Assembly: GCA_965649825.1 (NCBI GenBank)
Contig: OZ287697.1
Coordinates: forward strand, 2,156,351 to 2,220,350
Direction: 5' to 3'
Length of the DNA: 64,000 nucleotides
Source of the DNA: Penicillus capitatus
Taxonomy: Eukaryota; Plantae; Chlorophyta
The notes below the pieces were generated by a model. The model saw nothing but the letters and a program-made list of their open reading frames with translations, was not told the origin of the DNA and did no database searches. A program made the translations under genes and the position numbers. Below, piece after piece: positions 59,690-64,000 of this stretch (its first letter is position 1; each line of letters begins with the position of its first letter).

Positions 59690-60977
59690 TCAGGGACGCA
59701 ACAATGATTGAAGATCAGCCTTGATGCTTTCGTCACAGAAGGTAGATGCGTTACATATGACATCATACGGAGTGTCGCCACCGTCGCTCTCGATAGTCTT
59801 TGATGCGCCCCTGTTAAGCAGAAGCTGTGGAGAGATGATCACCACGAGACTCTGAATTGATCTGCGGCAAACCTTTACGGCGTCGACATATCCTGCTGAT
59901 GCCGCCATGTACAGCGGAGTTCTTCCATAATTGCCCTGTTTGTTGACATCTGCACCTCCATGAAGCAAGAACTGCAGAGACGGTACATCTACCTCACTAG
60001 ACTTTGAACAAACTTGCGACGTACCACGATCATCTTCACGCGTCCTAGTTCGGCGGCAGCAAAAAGCGGAGTTCTTAACGCATTGTCAGCCGCTTCGGTA
60101 TCTGCACCTCCAAAGAGTAGATTCTGTGGAGGAGGTATTCTCCGAGACACTCCAAACAGATCTGCGACAAACCTCTGCGGTTTTTACGCGTCCATGTACT
60201 GCTGCCTCATAAAGTGGCGTTCTTCCGTAAAAGTCGGGCTTGTCAACACTAGCACCTGCGTTAAGCAAGATCTTTGGAGACGCTATGTCAACAGCAGACT
60301 TTAGACAAATATGCGACACACCTTTACGACTAGTTCACTTCCATTTCTCGCTGCCTTGTAAAGCGCCGTTTCGTCTGCTCTGTCAATCGCGTCGATCTGC
60401 GCACCCCAATTAAGAAGGACCTGCGGAGATGATGATGCGACAACAGGGATCTTAAGGGAAATGACGTGATGGTTCACCTTCGCGGTACGTGGACGACCAC
60501 AGGCTGCTGCATAGTGCAGCGGAGTCCTTTTCGCGTCATCTTTTGCTTCGACGTCCGCACCTTGTCGGAGCAGAATCTGCACAGGCGGTCATCCTCGCAA
60601 ACCATTCGCACATCGGGACATACTTTCGCAGTTTCCGCCTGTCCCCTCACTGCCGCGACATGAAGTGGCGTCGGTATCGCGTTTTCTTTGTCAAAGTCTG
60701 CGTCCCATTTATGCAAAAACTGCAGCCTCAAGCTTTATGATGTTCGGATCTTGGGATAGCGTGATCCCTACTTGATCATCCCCGTAGTTTCTTTTGGCGG
60801 CTGAGCCGTGCGAGGAAGTGTCTTCAACTCTGCTTTCCGCTAACCACTCGGCCCCTTTGTGAAGCACAACGTTTGACGGCGTAAACAAGATGTTCCATCC
60901 GAAACACTTCTGCTGCAGAGTGTCGCACGGGGGACGAGAAGAACGCAGAGCCACGCGTACAGCACGGCATTCTTCAT
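59690..60977 (-). CDS. Ankyrin repeat protein with a predicted signal peptide; one repeat per exon
   Basis: MKNAVLYAWLCVLLVP|RAEW...; then exons PTPLHVAAVRG, RTPLHYAAACG, ETALYKAARNG, RTPLYEAAVHG, RTPLFAAAELG, RTPLYMAASAG and DTPYDV, each ending at the same phase-0 position. Confidence 0.8.
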
Positions 60978-62829
60978 GTTCTTAAACACAAGAGGCAACC
61001 GACACCGCAAAGCAGATGCCTATTCGTCAGCTGTAAAACGCGAGGTCGAAACAAGACACTGCTGATAATGGTGCATGATAGAATTTGTTTGCAGTCTGTA
61101 CTGACACGCGAAATGATCAAACACCGTCAACGCCTCTCGTTCACGTCTATTTGAGGAACATGCCTAGACAGCAAAACCCTAAACATCTGCTTTTCTCACA
61201 GCTAAGGCCAAGAAACGTCGAGCAGACAGATCGTTGTCTTTTGAGGCTGTCGAGAGGTCATCCGATATTTTAAAACAGAGACGGCCTGGGACAAAGACCA
61301 CGTCATCTATATCGCCGTCAAAGTTCAATGGTTCTATTCATTTGACATAATTATGATGGACACCATTGAGGAACGTTTACCTATTACGTTCGTGTGATCG
61401 AGAGGCGAATCCATCTTCTAACAGAGGATGGACGTTCCACGCAGTCATGCGTCTTTTCCAGTATCGCCGTTATCTTGTTCCTTGACAGTGCCATCCATTG
61501 ATGACCGTGATACGAGAGATCTTCGCATTTACGGTGTTGTTACGTACAACTGTGCAGTTCTTCGGACGGTGAAGTCAAGCACCGATCACAGTTGTTGGAG
61601 TCATTCCAAGGCACACAGATACCTTGTGAGAACACACATCAGAAGAGATTTAATCGAAGAGACTCAGTCTGCAGTGAACACGACATCGGACTGTCGATTT
61701 GACACCCTTTGGTGTAGCTGTGTCTCAAAGGCACAACTATCCAATAAGCTTCTATCCAAAAAGGGAACTTCGCACGACATTTCATTACTTTTTGGTACAG
61801 CAGCCCTTCCGGGAGTTCTGCTTAACAACGAAAGGTCACCAAATATGAAATCACCAAGAACTGGAATCACTTGCAAGGAAAAGGACACGATTCCTTCCTT
61901 CAAGATACACATGACCAAGGAGCGGTCGGCACACAATGTAAAGCAAGAGTGTTGGTTGTAATATAATCAAATCTACAAACAGGAGCTGAGTTTTCAGAGG
62001 CCCATTCCTGGCGGCGGAGAACTACTTGGTCTGTTCATAGGCTAGGCGACTTCTTAAAGTCGAGTTCTGGTATGTCTATAGGCGATGTTTGGTTAAACGG
62101 CTTAGGCTGATCAGTGTAAGATAGCTTCCAGAGAGTTCCTCAACTATAGAGATCTCACAAGAAGTCCTCGCGAACTGTTTAAAAGCCTGTTGTCTACCAT
62201 GTAGCCATCCTTCTAGTATCCATGCAAAGATCTAGCTAAATAGAACATTCGTGTCTCGTCCTGCATCAGGATACCTGTTTGTTTGCAGTTGCCGAGGTGG
62301 AATTTTGCGTAAGGATGCTGACGAGTATGATAATAACTTTGATGAAAGAGTATTTATAAGTGATCTTACTCTGCCAACGAGAGACGATTGGAAATGGACT
62401 GTCAGTAAAACAGCTCTTCCTGTGAGTAGCACCGCTGTAAGAAGAAGTCGCACAAGTTGCTTTTGGCTACCGGCCACGTCTGCATTCCGTTCAGAATTCA
62501 GCTGCCGTTATGTCGAGAGTTCGGAAGATCTTAGTCACTCGCGACATGAAGATATTCTGTGACTCGCAGGGCAACCATCGATGTAAACTGTGTTCCTTAA
62601 TGAAAAGTATAGCTAATTCCGATCGGAAGTCAAGAAAACAACACAGACAATGGGTCTCACGATTTCGAAGATTCGTCTTATCGAAGGGCCCAAAAAATCT
62701 CCTACACGTAATTTTCGGCTGTCAAAAGTGTCAAGTGCGGCAGGAGATTTTCTGCTTAATCATCAAGGATCTCAGCTGATGCAATGTGCTTGCACATGAC
62801 TGCAGGCAGCGTGCATATCGCCGTTGGCA

Positions 62830-63991
62830 TCACGCTGGGAAGCTTCTTCCCAGTTCTTTGTTGATGGCCTCTCGCATCTCGGTGTAACTGTCATAGCCAG
62901 TGACCGGCTTAAGCATTGTGTTCCACACTTGATCCATCATTTGGTGTGCTTCTGCCGAGAACACTTCCCTTGACTCGTTCGGTTTTCCTTTCCTGACCTT
63001 CCCGGGATTCTTGCTCTTGTCCAGACCAGCATCTCTCTTCAGTCCAGCAGCCTCGTTTCTGGCGAGCTTGAACAGGTGCGAGTCAAACTTAGAGTCGTGC
63101 TTCTTCATGAAGTCAAAACTCGCCTAAGAATCGCAGACCAAATCATTCCAGGTGCGTAATTCTATACATCCAAACCTGTCGCTCAACCAGATCAAGCAGA
63201 TCAGGGTCTCCGACACCCAAATTGGTGAAATCTGACAAAAGCTTGATGCATTTCTTGAGATCTGCTTTCAGGTCTTCGTAGTGCAGCCACAAAACATTCT
63301 CGTCCTTTCTGTGAGGATACCACCCGGCTAGAAGAAAGGCGCCCTCAGAATGGATTGACTTGCGAGAACATCCTTGCCTAAGTGTCGCATTTGATCGGCG
63401 TTGAAATCAAGGATATCTGATTTCGGGTTGTCGTATACAAAGAACCATTCGATAAACTCGTTCAGCGTAAGATCTTCTGGCTCAAAGACCCAATGCATGA
63501 AGTAGTGATAAAAGGACAGCGCGGCGTCCTTGGGGTTCCTGTCACAATGGCCTTCGGTGAGTTAGTTTATTACGTGCCGCTTTTCGAACCTGGTCACCAC
63601 GACGCATTTCTCGGCAGATGGACAGTGCTCTGCCGCTGCATGCGTCTTGTAAATGCGCGGTTCGAATGAACGTGCGTTACAGTCGCCGGCACCACCCAAT
63701 GCGGAAAATTCCAGGAAAGGAATCGCTTCATTAATATCGTCGTAGTCCATACTGCCACCCGTCCGCAGTCCATGGAGAATCTGGCAGCTATGCGTCGATT
63801 CATCTCGAGAAATCTGGCGACTCTACCTGTTGAACCCACGTTGTTCCGGATTTGGAGCCGACGGCGAGAAGAATATCTCCATCTCGGAGTTTGACATCTA
63901 GTCCTTGGCGCACTTTATCAGTAGGAACGAGTTTCTTTATCCGCGCAAAAATCTCATCGACTTTCGACGGTACGCTGAACGCCTCGTCCAT
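62830..63991 (-). CDS. Sulfotransferase family 1, paralog B (the true start may lie beyond the window)
   Basis: GDILLAVGSKSGTTWVQQ|ILHGLRTGGSMDYDDINEAIPFLE...IYKTH...VVVTR|NPKDAALSFYHF...VLWLHYEDLKADL...|FMKKHDSKFDSH...KVRKG. Confidence 0.88.
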
Positions 63992-64000
63992 CTTTTTTGC

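Noticed and set aside
62225-62274. GTATCCTG donor suggesting a U12 intron
   Set aside because: It does not match GTATCCTT, no U12 branch site is seen, and the host gene is unsupported.
1-64000. tRNA, rRNA, intact transposons or viral insertions
   Set aside because: No cloverleaf or rRNA signatures, transposase/RT domains, terminal repeats or viral hallmark genes were recognised by eye. Small ncRNAs cannot be excluded without covariance-model searches.

Overview
Very gene-dense eukaryotic nuclear DNA from a green alga. Evidence: nuclear PsbP, plastid-targeted LeuB/TypA/BPG2-type genes, introns mostly 44-75 nt (GT-AG, one GC-AG), TGTAA motifs downstream of several genes, standard genetic code. 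The lineage is inferred to be a core chlorophyte, possibly an ulvophyte; this is not proven. I reconstructed about 30 protein-coding genes by hand, most of them spliced, so the ORF track fragments them. Housekeeping genes: RKP/KPC1, NUFIP1-like, DPM2, RNF14-like RBR ligase, BPG2/YqeH GTPase, PIG-V, LeuB, FAM136A, PsbP, MO25, TRAPPC10, a mitochondrial carrier, APC10, a TNO1-like tether, HOP/STI1, a STAR-KH protein, TypA, UBA5 and SAC1. Two looser, lineage-specific zones (about 10.8-18.5 kb and 57.5-64 kb) carry a secreted trypsin, a two-spacer minisatellite, an intronless LRR gene, a micro-exon secreted prepropeptide, a signal-peptide ankyrin protein and a second sulfotransferase. The most striking signals are: (1) extreme packing, including DPM2 ending 6 nt before the in-frame RNF14-like ATG (candidate bicistron), divergent ATGs 12-43 nt apart and convergent stops 3 nt apart; (2) an 8-exon, 125-aa orphan secreted precursor with a kexin-type site and a C-terminal 4-Cys peptide; (3) a pseudokinase with a very large activation-segment insert; (4) a shortened, divergent XPF paralog. 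All exon boundaries and homology calls come from manual reading and recalled family motifs, not database searches.
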